A DNA stretch of 61,335 bases, filler included, from an uncultured Rhodopirellula sp. (GTDB taxonomy: Bacteria > Planctomycetota > Planctomycetia > Pirellulales > Pirellulaceae), in the NCBI GenBank assembly GCA_964007735.1. It is 6 parts of 6 records of this genome, joined end to end, with 100 filler letters (N's around TTAATTAATTAA, not from the genome) between each part and the next. Parts side by side here need not be neighbours in the genome. Positions count along the whole stretch, not along the records: positions 1 to 10,969 come from CAXGAI010000086.1; 5 more parts are not named here. The stretch is one strand, 5' to 3'. Below, piece by piece: positions 1 through 9,135 of the stretch (the first letter of the stretch is position 1; each line of letters starts with the position of its first letter). Below the pieces are notes generated by a model. It searched no databases. It was not told the origin of the DNA and saw only the letters and a list, made by a program, of their open reading frames with translations. Both the position numbers and the translations under genes were made by a program.

Positions 1-288
1 GATAGGTGTGTAATCGCAAGGTGCTGCAGCCCCGATCACGCCATCCACCTCAGAGAAGACGTTAACTGCAGCATCCAACATTTCGGCCGTGGTTAAGACC
101 GGAATGACATTTGCGTTGGAAGGGTAATCGATAGAAACGGGACCGCTAATAATTGTGACTTCGTGTCCGGAGGCGAGGCACGCGTTGGCAAGGCAGTGGC
201 CCATTTGTCCACTAGAAGCGTTGGTGAGATACCGCACCGGATCAATATATTGTCGGGTGGGTCCAGACGTGATGAGGATATGCGCCAT
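1..288 (-). CDS. coaB: Phosphopantothenate-cysteine ligase (CoaB), 5' part; runs off the window start
   Basis: Hand translation from the ATG at 288 gives MAHILITSGPTRQYIDPVRYLTNASSGQMG, the CoaB N-terminal motif. It lies directly downstream of coaC. Confidence 0.9.
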   Translation of the reverse strand, partial: MAHILITSGPTRQYIDPVRYLTNASSGQMGHCLANACLASGHEVTIISGPVSIDYPSNANVIPVLTTAEMLDAAVNVFSEVDGVIGAAAPCDYTPI

Positions 289-294
289 ATTAGC

Positions 295-849
295 TTACTC
301 CTTAGCCGCCGTTATCAAGGCGGTTAGGATTCGGTCAATATCCATCAACCTACCCTGTCCATTCTGCCTACAGCTTAGCCATCCGTCCTCCGGGTCTAAT
401 AATATAACGCCATCGGTTTTAAGTTGCGAAATGTTTCGTTGGGTGGCGACATGATTCCACATTGTGGAGTTCATAGCCGGCGCGACAAATACCTTTCCTC
501 GGAATGCGAGGTATACTGTCGAGGCAATACAATCTGCGTGGCCCTGTGCGGCTTTAGCTAGAAAGTCGGCCGTGGCGGGAACAACGGCAAGAATGTCGCA
601 TTTTGCTGCCAACTCAATGTGTCCTCCATAGGGTGCCTGATTTCCCTCGAAGACCGATTCCGTAACCGGATTGCCGGTGAGCGCTAGAAACGTAGCATTG
701 CCAATGAAATTAGAGGCCGATTTAGTTAATGCAACGTGCACATCAATATTCGCCTGGGTAAGGCGAGATGCCAGATGTGCCGCTTTGTAAGCGGCTACGC
801 CACCGGTCACACAAAGACAGATACTTTTTGCCGTGTTCAAACCGGACAT
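295..849 (-). CDS. coaC: Phosphopantothenoylcysteine decarboxylase (HFCD flavoprotein, stand-alone CoaC)
   Basis: Motifs TGGVAAYK, HIEL, PATAD, APAMN and the C-terminal WLSCR...GQGR. Confidence 0.9.
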   Translation of the reverse strand: MSGLNTAKSICLCVTGGVAAYKAAHLASRLTQANIDVHVALTKSASNFIGNATFLALTGNPVTESVFEGNQAPYGGHIELAAKCDILAVVPATADFLAKAAQGHADCIASTVYLAFRGKVFVAPAMNSTMWNHVATQRNISQLKTDGVILLDPEDGWLSCRQNGQGRLMDIDRILTALITAAKE

Positions 850-1115
850 TAGAGATCTAGAGGATTGATGTCCGGGACATCGGTGACGGGCTCAGCGTCC
901 GGTGCGGCTTGTACTTCGTCATTTTCATCCAGAAATATCTTATCCTGAAGGATTTCCTGCAACACAATACGCATCTGGTCCTCACTCCCATTTGTATCGA
1001 TGAGGACACGAGAGCCTTGTTTAAGTTGAACAATACGCTTTTGGATCAAAGTTGACAGTTTAAAACGCCCGCCAACTTTATTGATTATTTCTTCTTCTTT
1101 TAGTTCTTCAAGCAT
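849..1115 (-). CDS. rpoZ: RNA polymerase omega subunit (planctomycete type)
   Basis: KVGGRFKLSTLIQKR motif; gmk-rpoZ-coaBC synteny. Confidence 0.85.
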   Translation of the reverse strand: MLEELKEEEIINKVGGRFKLSTLIQKRIVQLKQGSRVLIDTNGSEDQMRIVLQEILQDKIFLDENDEVQAAPDAEPVTDVPDINPLDL

Positions 1116-1694
1116 TTAATGATCCTCCAAAGCTTGTAATATTTCGCTGACCTCGTCGGCAGCCGCATCTACGTCTTTATTGACGACCTGATATTTGTAT
1201 TTATGACGATTTGCCATCTCCTGAGTCGCGACTTCGAGACGACGCAGGATAGCCTCTTCACTATCTGTTTGGCGATTACGTAGCCGACGTTCAAGTTCTT
1301 CCATCGAACCAGGGTGTATAAATATTGTAATCGCATCTGGAACGCGGTCTATGACCGACATGGCTCCCGCGACATCAATTTCTAAAATAACCCACTTACC
1401 TAAATGAAGACCCTGCTCGATATTCTTAAGAAGAGTCCCGTACCAGAATCCCTGACCAAACACTTCTTTATATTCCAGGAATTCGCCGGCTAATCGTTTC
1501 GCTTCGAATTCTTCGGGCGATAGGAAATGATAGGCGACGCCGTTCAGTTCATCGGAACGTGCCGGACGGGTAGTTGCAGAAATGCTGAGTTCCAGAGGTA
1601 AGGCGCAAGTTTGGAGAAGGCGTTGTACCAGAGTTGATTTGCCGGCACCCGAAGGGCCGGAAATGATTACTACCTTACCTTGCTTAGTCGACAT
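1116..1694 (-). CDS. gmk: Guanylate kinase
   Basis: P-loop GPSGAGKST, SATTRPAR, YGT and EIDV motifs. Confidence 0.95.
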   Translation of the reverse strand: MSTKQGKVVIISGPSGAGKSTLVQRLLQTCALPLELSISATTRPARSDELNGVAYHFLSPEEFEAKRLAGEFLEYKEVFGQGFWYGTLLKNIEQGLHLGKWVILEIDVAGAMSVIDRVPDAITIFIHPGSMEELERRLRNRQTDSEEAILRRLEVATQEMANRHKYKYQVVNKDVDAAADEVSEILQALEDH

Positions 1695-1704
1695 AAGAGC
1701 CCGC

Positions 1705-2571
1705 CTATTCGATATTTTGGACTTGTTCCCGAACTCGCTCGATCACGGTTTTCGCTTCGACGACAAAACCTGCGATGGATGCATCATTGGCCTTCGAGCC
1801 GATTGTATTGATCTCTCGGAATAATTCCTGCGTAATGAAATCAAGTTTACGACCCTGACTCGTATTGCTGTTCATTACCTCATTGAACTGAGCTATATGA
1901 CTGTCCAGACGTACGACCTCCTCTGTGATGTCGCAACGGTCAGCGAAGACTCCGATCTCACGGGTTAAATCAGCGTCGCTCAGCGTGACATTATGCTTTT
2001 CTAGTAGTTGGTTGAGCTTGTCTGTCAATCGCGACGAATAGTTTACAACAACTGCCGGCGCTCGTTCCCGGATTGATTGGATGAGAATGGCCAAATTCTG
2101 TAATTGAGTAGCGAGGTCGTGCCCCAGCGCTTCGCCCTCGGTTGTCCGCATCTGGTTAAAGTGTTCAAGGGCCTCGCCGAGCGTTTCCATAATTAACTCG
2201 GAGTGTGCGGTGTGGGGTGATAAAGCCTCAGAAGATTTTACAACACCTGGCAATGTCAAAAGAGCCTTAAGCGGAATCTCGTCCCGTGCTTCCGCTTGGA
2301 GTTGCGAGCGATAGGAGTTGAGCAGCGCGGTGTCGATGGCGAAATCGTCGGCGCGGGTTTCTTTCTGCACTTTGATATTCACATTGATAGTGCCCCGGCC
2401 AACGGAGGCTCTAATTGTTTTCTCGACCAAAGACTCCAGGGTAATTAATGAATCAGGGGAACGTAGGTTGATTTTTAGGTGACGGTTATTCACGGCCCGC
2501 ATTTCGACGGTAACTGTCACGCCATTTGCGGTTGCGTTTGCAACGCCTTGTCCGGTCATACTTAGTAGCAT
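1705..2571 (-). CDS. yicC: YicC/YloC family endoribonuclease
   Basis: N-terminal SMTG and VNNRHL; C-terminal GRKLDF.QE.FREINTIGSK...REQVQNIE. Confidence 0.92.
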   Translation of the reverse strand: MLLSMTGQGVANATANGVTVTVEMRAVNNRHLKINLRSPDSLITLESLVEKTIRASVGRGTINVNIKVQKETRADDFAIDTALLNSYRSQLQAEARDEIPLKALLTLPGVVKSSEALSPHTAHSELIMETLGEALEHFNQMRTTEGEALGHDLATQLQNLAILIQSIRERAPAVVVNYSSRLTDKLNQLLEKHNVTLSDADLTREIGVFADRCDITEEVVRLDSHIAQFNEVMNSNTSQGRKLDFITQELFREINTIGSKANDASIAGFVVEAKTVIERVREQVQNIE

Positions 2572-2645
2572 GCTACGTCCCTTTCTTGCTGAAAGAAGAG
2601 ATAGGTTAAAACGGAACGAAAGGTTTATTTACCCAGACTATGGCA

Positions 2646-3152
2646 CTATTGATCGGTGTCTTCCACGGGTGTTGCGTCGCCTTCGTCTTCCGTTTCGTCG
2701 ACGAGGGGCTCTGAGGTGTCAGTCCCATTGTTGGCGTCATTGGTGCTAACCTCTGGCTCAGTATCTGATGGAGTGGACTCCTGGCTCGGTTCTTCCCCGA
2801 CGTCTGTGGCATTGACCGAAGGATTTGAGGAGGATTTGCTCGGCTCAGCGTTTTGATTTAATTGAGTGTCGATTTCTGTTACTCCACCCTCTTCGTCGGC
2901 CTCCGCACCATCTTTGGGGCTACTGTAAACATAAATAGTAATTCCAGACAAGAAGATCCAGACTCCCGTTAGTGCAATCGTTACCCACATGAGGAGGTCG
3001 CCACCGCGGGCGCCAAAAGCACTTTGGGCGGTACCGGTTAATGAACCCGCGATACCTCCGCCTTTTCCCCGCTGAATCATGATGATGAATACGAGAAATA
3101 AGGATAACAAGAATAGGAGGACGGCTAATGCGCCTAAAAAGAAGTCGCTCAT
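2646..3152 (-). CDS. secG: Preprotein translocase subunit SecG with a long acidic C-terminal tail
   Basis: Two hydrophobic segments around IQRGKGGGIAG...SAFG; lies downstream of tpiA. Confidence 0.85.
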   Translation of the reverse strand: MSDFFLGALAVLLFLLSLFLVFIIMIQRGKGGGIAGSLTGTAQSAFGARGGDLLMWVTIALTGVWIFLSGITIYVYSSPKDGAEADEEGGVTEIDTQLNQNAEPSKSSSNPSVNATDVGEEPSQESTPSDTEPEVSTNDANNGTDTSEPLVDETEDEGDATPVEDTDQ

Positions 3153-3273
3153 GGAGGTGCTAATCCAACCAAATAGAAAGTTCTAATTTGTAATCATTCA
3201 ATTTTGCACGGATAGTCTGGGTTGTAAATGCCCAATTAGTGCGAAATCAGAGGCAAGCTCTTTGGAAAATCTG

Positions 3274-4026
3274 TTAACCATGGCCTATGATTCCGGTAAA
3301 GGATTCGGGTTCCAGCGACGCGCCACCAACTAAAGCACCATCGATGTTAGGCTGGGCGAGCAATTCTTCCGCATTTCCAGGTTTCACACTGCCGCCATAT
3401 TGAATACGGGTTTGCTGTGCCACTTCGTCACCAAATTGTTGGGTTAATATATCCCGTAGGTGTGAATGTACTTCCTCTGCCTGTTGTGGGGTGGCAACTT
3501 TTCCGGTGCCAATCGCCCAAATGGGTTCGTAGGCCAGTGTAACGTTAGACATTTGTTCCGGGCTTATATCGGCAAGAGAACCGAGCACCTGGCTGCCTAC
3601 AATTCGATTCGTTTCGCCAGCTTCGCGTTGCTCTAGCGTTTCACCAACACAAAGGATTACGTGCAGTCCGTATTTTAGTCCGGCCTTTGCTTTGAGATTT
3701 ACCAACTGGTCGCATTCTCCGAAAAGCTCCCGGCGTTCGCTATGTCCGACGATGACTAATTCGCAGCCCAGATCGCGTAGCATCGGGCCACTTATTTCGC
3801 CTGTAAAGGCTCCTGATTCGTTGGCGTTAAGGTTTTGGGCACCCAATCTAACTGCTGAGTCTCCAAGTGCTCCTCGCACGGCATCGAGGTATCCGAAGGG
3901 TGGACAGACAGCGACGTCTACATTAGTGCCGGTTCCGATGGAAGCAGCAATTGCTGCGGCGAGGTCGGTTGCCTGTTGTTTCGAAAGATTCATCTTCCAA
4001 TTGCCGGCAATAAAAGTCTTACGCAT
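3274..4026 (-). CDS. tpiA: Triosephosphate isomerase
   Basis: AGNWKMN, GHSERR, AYEPIWAIGTG, YGGSVKP and LVGGASL motifs. Confidence 0.98.
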   Translation of the reverse strand: MRKTFIAGNWKMNLSKQQATDLAAAIAASIGTGTNVDVAVCPPFGYLDAVRGALGDSAVRLGAQNLNANESGAFTGEISGPMLRDLGCELVIVGHSERRELFGECDQLVNLKAKAGLKYGLHVILCVGETLEQREAGETNRIVGSQVLGSLADISPEQMSNVTLAYEPIWAIGTGKVATPQQAEEVHSHLRDILTQQFGDEVAQQTRIQYGGSVKPGNAEELLAQPNIDGALVGGASLEPESFTGIIGHG

Positions 4027-4044
4027 TGTTTCTCTTTCTTCCTG

Positions 4045-5061
4045 TTAGCTAAAGCTCTTACCAAAGACTTTCGCTACTTTCTCTAGTTGCTGAAATGTTT
4101 CTTGGAATTGCGGCGGCAGTAGTGCCTGAGGTCCGTCTGAAAGAGCTTTCTCTGGACAGTCATGCACTTCAATATGGACACCATCGGCGCCGGCGGCTAT
4201 TCCGGCATAAGCGCAAGGCGGTATGAGATCCGGTCGCCCAGTTGCATGGCTTGGATCAACAATGACCGGTAGGTGTGTTAGCGTTTTTAGGGCGGCAACA
4301 GCGGCGATGTCATAAAGGTTGCGAGTAATAGAGTCAAAACCTTTAATTCCACGTTCACAAAGAACGACGTTCTGGTTCCCCTGAGCGAGTATATATTCAG
4401 CACTCATGAGTAGATCCTGGACCGTAGCGCTCATCCCTCGTTTTAGGATAACCGGTGTATTTGCTTTCCCGACCTCTGTTAGCAAAACGAAATTTTGCAT
4501 GTTTCGTGCGCCGACCTGCAGCATATCTGCATACTCGCAGATAACCTCAAGGTTACGAGCGTCGGTAACTTCCGTGACTACTGGAATATCGTATTTGTCG
4601 CCAGCGGCCCTTAGGATTTTGAGTCCATCCACTCCCATACCCTGGAAAGAATAGGGACTTGTTCGAGGCTTGTAAGCGCCCCCTCGCAGTATATTAGCGC
4701 CGCTCGATTTTACCGAGTTGGCGATGCTATCCATCCGATCTTCGGATTCGATGGAACAGGGACCCGCAACCATGGCGAGGTTCCCGCCGCCGATTTTTGT
4801 CGATCCTACCTTCACGACGCTGGGTTGAGGGTGGGCTTCAAGGCTGGCTAGTTTATAAGGTGGTAAAACTCGCACTACATCACTTACGCCGGGGAATGAT
4901 TTAATTTGGTCTGAGTCAATACAAGCCTCGTCACCGATCACGCCGACGATGGTTCGGAACGTACCGCGACTGACATGGGCCTTCATGTCAAGCGAGGCGA
5001 TGTGCTCAGTGACAGCAGTGATTTGGTCTTCAGTAGTTTCGGACTTGAGGATGATAATCAC
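4045..5061 (-). CDS. aroF: 3-deoxy-7-phosphoheptulonate (DAHP) synthase, type I-beta with N-terminal regulatory domain
   Basis: AGPCSIE, RGGAYKPRTSPYSFQG, GARNMQN and DPSH motifs. Probable start is the GTG at 5061 (VIIILK) with AAGGAA upstream; the open frame extends to 5142. Confidence 0.93.
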   Translation of the reverse strand: MIIILKSETTEDQITAVTEHIASLDMKAHVSRGTFRTIVGVIGDEACIDSDQIKSFPGVSDVVRVLPPYKLASLEAHPQPSVVKVGSTKIGGGNLAMVAGPCSIESEDRMDSIANSVKSSGANILRGGAYKPRTSPYSFQGMGVDGLKILRAAGDKYDIPVVTEVTDARNLEVICEYADMLQVGARNMQNFVLLTEVGKANTPVILKRGMSATVQDLLMSAEYILAQGNQNVVLCERGIKGFDSITRNLYDIAAVAALKTLTHLPVIVDPSHATGRPDLIPPCAYAGIAAGADGVHIEVHDCPEKALSDGPQALLPPQFQETFQQLEKVAKVFGKSFS

Positions 5062-5208
5062 GTTCGGTTCCTTGTGGCTTATAGCACGTACGTAGTTATA
5101 GTCTGTGGAGTTAGCTAGGTCCCTAACAGATGACGGGCGCAAGTACGAAGTTTACCACAGGCCAGCGACGTTCGTACATACCATACGAGCGGTGAAAATG
5201 GGAGCCCG

Positions 5209-6285
5209 TTATCCATGTTTGGGAAACGACCCGAGCACAGAAATACGTTGTGTATTACGTTCAAGATTCCGTAGAGCGTCTACCACTGGTGGATCGTCGC
5301 GATGCCCTTCCAACTCTATGAAAAAGAAATACTCAGAGGGCCTGTTTGGTTTCGGGAACGATTCGATCCAAGTAAGATTGAGGCGTTGTTTCTTGAAAGA
5401 GATCATTGCATCAGCTAAGGCTCCAGGGGCATGTTTCAACTCGACTATCAACGTTGTTTTATCGTTACCAGTCGGTTTAGGAATGTCGTTGCCGAGAATG
5501 GCAAATCTGGTCACGTTCCCCAGGCGATCTTCTATTTTTGAAGCGACCGCGGTTAATCCGTAATGTTCGCCGGCCAAAGTACTAGCAATTGCAGCGGCTC
5601 CCTTCGTTGTCGACGCGATTTCCGCGGCGACGGTAGTGCTTGGAGTGTCCACGAGCTCGGCATTGGGTAGGTGTTCTGCAAGCCAGTCACGACATTGGGA
5701 CAATGCCTGAGGTTTGCTGTAAACAGTAGTGATGGAGTCCATAGTTGAAAGACTGAGGAGCGTATGGTGGATCGGCAGGTTTATCTCGCCACAAATTGAT
5801 AAGGCCGAACGGGCTAGAACGTTGAGTGTGTCCACGATCCTTCCGTCGGTCGAATTTTCGATGGGGACTACGCCGAAATCTGCGTTCGCCTTGCTTACAT
5901 CGTCAAAAACGTGTGCTATGGTTGCTACGGGATTTGCGCAAAAATGCTTGCCAAAATAGCGGGACGCGGCGAGGTGGCTATAACTATAAAGAGGCCCCAG
6001 GAATGCTACGCTTGGGGATCGGTGCGTGTTAAATTCATTCTCGGCTAATTTACCAACAAGCTCTCCGATCGTGTTTCGTATCCCATTATATTTCTTTGCA
6101 GATAATGCGGATGTGATCGTTGATTTTACGTAGTTACGTAAAAGGTCGGGATCGTGTGCTTCTGCAGCCGTTGCAAAGCATTGCAGATGCCGAGCGACGG
6201 AGCGAATCAGTTGCTTCGTTTCAAGCCCCAATGCCTTTTTGGTTTGCGCCGGAGTATTCTTCGCGGTTTGTTGCTTGGCGCCCAT
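5209..6285 (-). CDS. pheA: Prephenate dehydratase (PheA) with ACT domain and an atypical N-terminal helical region
   Basis: VAFLGP, VPIENSTDG, SKPQALSQC, TRF and LTWIESFP motifs. Confidence 0.9.
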   Translation of the reverse strand: MGAKQQTAKNTPAQTKKALGLETKQLIRSVARHLQCFATAAEAHDPDLLRNYVKSTITSALSAKKYNGIRNTIGELVGKLAENEFNTHRSPSVAFLGPLYSYSHLAASRYFGKHFCANPVATIAHVFDDVSKANADFGVVPIENSTDGRIVDTLNVLARSALSICGEINLPIHHTLLSLSTMDSITTVYSKPQALSQCRDWLAEHLPNAELVDTPSTTVAAEIASTTKGAAAIASTLAGEHYGLTAVASKIEDRLGNVTRFAILGNDIPKPTGNDKTTLIVELKHAPGALADAMISFKKQRLNLTWIESFPKPNRPSEYFFFIELEGHRDDPPVVDALRNLERNTQRISVLGSFPKHG

Positions 6286-6530
6286 AAGTTACAAAATTCC
6301 TTGTAAGATTTCAGGATCCGTATTAGGAGGGTTCTGATGTTCAACGCATGCTGAACGATAACACGCGAGAATACATTAGCCAAGATGGATATTGGTCTGT
6401 CAAAATGGCAGCACTATCAAGGGATATTAGCGGATATGGAAACAGCTGGGTAATTTTAGGAGTCATCTAATCAATAAAACGGGAGGTTTTACAGCCGTTC
6501 TCGTTATACCCCCCCCCGCTGAACTAGATT

Positions 6531-6546
6531 TGGCACGCGGCTTGCA
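6531..6546 (+). promoter_or_regulatory. Sigma-54 (-24/-12) promoter upstream of dnaK
   Basis: TGGCACGCGGCTTGCA matches TGGCACG-N4-TTGC, about 100 nt before the dnaK ATG. Confidence 0.75.
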
Positions 6547-6642
6547 ATAACAAACTTTGAATAGTTTCTCCATTGTTTGTGCCATTTGGGCACGAATCAT
6601 AGGGATAGAGAATTTAGAGTTGATAGGAGCGAAGTGAATATT

Positions 6643-8574
6643 ATGGCTGAAGGCGAAAAAATCATCGGCATCGACCTAGGGACCACTAATTCCGTAGTAG
6701 CCGTAGTAGAAGGATCAGATTCGAAGGTTATTCCTAACCCTGAAGGTAGTAGGCTGACTCCTAGCGTGGTGGCCTATTCAGATGGTGGTGAAACGCACGT
6801 CGGTGAACCAGCGCGCCGTCAGGCGGTTACCAATCCCCAACGCACGGTTTATTCGGTAAAACGATTTATGGGTCGTCGCTTCGCGGAAACCACCGAGGCA
6901 GATAAGATGGTGCCCTACGAGGTCAGCAAGGGTGAAAACGGCTATACCCAAATACGTATCGATGGTCAGGACTATACGCCTCAGGAGGTTTCGGCTAAGA
7001 CACTTCGTAAATTGAAGGAAGCTGCTGAATCTTATCTCGGACATAAAGTAAACAAAGCCGTTATCACGGTGCCGGCTTATTTCAATGATGCTCAACGTCA
7101 AGCTACGAAAGACGCCGGCCAGATTGCTGGCTTGGAGGTGGCTCGGATCATTAATGAACCCACGGCTGCAGCCTTGGCTTACGGATTGGATAAAAAATCC
7201 GACGAACGAATCGTCGTGTTTGATCTCGGTGGCGGTACATTTGATGTGTCTGTCCTGGAAGTTGCCGATACGGACAGTGGTGATGGTCAGAGTCGGGTGT
7301 TTCAGGTGGTCTCCACCTCGGGCGATACACAACTGGGCGGCGATGATTTTGACGAAGCTTTAATCAACTACGTTGCTGATGATTTCAAGTCGGAAAACGG
7401 TGTCGATCTTCGGAAAGACACTATGGCTTTGCAAAGATTACAGGAAGCATGTGAAAAAGCCAAAAAAGAATTGAGTAGTGTACCTTCGACGGATTTGAAT
7501 TTACCTTTCATCACCGCGGATGCTAACGGCCCAAAACACCTGCAGATGACGATCACGCAGGCTAAGTTTGAAGAACTTATCGATGACTTGGTAACACGTT
7601 GTCGTAAGCCCGTTGAACAGGCGTTATCGGATGCCGGGTTCAGCCCGTCGGATATTGATGAAATCGTATTGGTGGGAGGTTCCACACGCGTCCCTAAAGT
7701 TAGGGAAATGGTACAGTCAATATTCGGCAAGGCTCCCCATCAGGGTGTGAATCCAGACGAGGTTGTCGCTTTGGGAGCAGCGATCCAAGGTAGTGTACTA
7801 GCGGGTGACCGTACTGATGTACTGCTGTTGGATGTAACTCCACTTACGTTGGGAATAGAAACAGAGGGTGGGGTTCTGACGCCGATTGTAGAGAGAAATA
7901 CTACAATTCCTGTCGAAAAAACACAGGTGTTTAGTACGGCGGCTGATAATCAACCTGCAGTGACCGTTAAAGTCTTCCAGGGTGAAAGAAAGATGGCGGC
8001 TAACAATAAAGTGCTCGGAGAATTCAATTTAGAAGGTATTCCGCCAGCTCCACGGGGTGTTCCGCAAATAGAAGTTAAGTTCGACATTGATCAAAACGGA
8101 ATTCTTAATGTGTCGGCAAAAGATCTTGGAACTCAGAAGGAAGCTAGCGTGCGAATCGAAGATTCTGCCGGTTTAGATGATGCTGAAATCGATCGCATGC
8201 GACAGGACGCAGAAGAGCATGCGGAAGAGGATAAGAAGCAGTTTGAACTCGTTGAAGCGCGAAATAAAGCCGATCAGTTAGTTTATCAGATGGAAAAGCT
8301 GATCGACGAAAACGGGGAAAAATTGTCGGAAGATGATTTAACTCCGGTAAAAGCTTCGATTGATAAGGTTAAAGAAACTGCCAAAGGTGAAGACAAGGAT
8401 GCCATTAATGGTGCGGTCTCGGAATTAGAGCAAACTTCTCAGGCATTATCTCAGGTTCTATATCAGGCAAGTCAGGCGGAGAGCGGGGGCGACGAAAGTT
8501 CCGAAGATATCAAGGATGATGACGCTATCGATGCCGAATTTGAAGTGAAATCAGAAGACCCGGACTCTGAGTAA
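6643..8574 (+). CDS. dnaK: Chaperone DnaK (Hsp70)
   Basis: [34 protein letters not shown] and acidic C-terminus. ATG at 6643 has AGGAG upstream. Confidence 0.98.
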   Translation: MAEGEKIIGIDLGTTNSVVAVVEGSDSKVIPNPEGSRLTPSVVAYSDGGETHVGEPARRQAVTNPQRTVYSVKRFMGRRFAETTEADKMVPYEVSKGENGYTQIRIDGQDYTPQEVSAKTLRKLKEAAESYLGHKVNKAVITVPAYFNDAQRQATKDAGQIAGLEVARIINEPTAAALAYGLDKKSDERIVVFDLGGGTFDVSVLEVADTDSGDGQSRVFQVVSTSGDTQLGGDDFDEALINYVADDFKSENGVDLRKDTMALQRLQEACEKAKKELSSVPSTDLNLPFITADANGPKHLQMTITQAKFEELIDDLVTRCRKPVEQALSDAGFSPSDIDEIVLVGGSTRVPKVREMVQSIFGKAPHQGVNPDEVVALGAAIQGSVLAGDRTDVLLLDVTPLTLGIETEGGVLTPIVERNTTIPVEKTQVFSTAADNQPAVTVKVFQGERKMAANNKVLGEFNLEGIPPAPRGVPQIEVKFDIDQNGILNVSAKDLGTQKEASVRIEDSAGLDDAEIDRMRQDAEEHAEEDKKQFELVEARNKADQLVYQMEKLIDENGEKLSEDDLTPVKASIDKVKETAKGEDKDAINGAVSELEQTSQALSQVLYQASQAESGGDESSEDIKDDDAIDAEFEVKSEDPDSE

Positions 8575-8586
8575 CTAGGATTCATC

Positions 8587-8617
8587 AAAAAAGGGGCCAT
8601 CATCGCGATGGCCCCTT
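8587..8617. terminator. Intrinsic terminator hairpin between the convergent dnaK and small basic ORF
   Basis: AAGGGGCCATC-atcgc-GATGGCCCCTT preceded by an A-run (U-tract on the minus strand). Confidence 0.75.
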
Positions 8618-8638
8618 GGTGGTGTCTGTTTGCGTGGT

Positions 8639-8821
8639 CTACTCCACGTTACTCCAGTTTTCATAAACCACTTCATGGCCAGGAGTGAGTGCACGAACTT
8701 TATCCATTACATCCGCCCTCGCTTGGCCGGTGGTCTTCTTGAATTTTTCTTCAAGCTTTTGCAATTTCTGTTTGCGTTGTCGACGTCGGCGAATTTCTTT
8801 CGCTCTTTCGCTCTTACCCAC
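8639..8821 (-). CDS. Small basic protein, DUF6800-like
   Basis: 60 aa, ER..EI.RRR.RK.KL..L...K.R.LTPG pattern resembling a small conserved family I recall from Planctomycetes. GTG start with AGAGGG upstream; followed by a terminator. Confidence 0.7.
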   Translation of the reverse strand: MGKSERAKEIRRRRQRKQKLQKLEEKFKKTTGQARADVMDKVRALTPGHEVVYENWSNVE

Positions 8822-9135
8822 TAGTAGCCCTCTTAATCGATAGTAAAAATTTGCTTTCCTTGACGTGGCTTACCGCTTAGCGGCCGCCCAGTTCTTATCT
8901 TTTATCATCGAATCGTTGACACGTCAATCGCCGAATTCGTTTTAGCGTTGTCGGGTTCCAACTGCAATGATAGACTGACATGTTTGACCTGAGGGTAATT
9001 AGCCTGCCTAACGTAGGGCAGGACCGTTTCAGGCATGTCCCGTCCCGGTGTATCGCGTGTATATGGCCGGGCAGAATATCGAAAATGGGTGCGTTGCCCT
9101 GACGATCTTCAACAATTTAAAGAAATACAAACACA

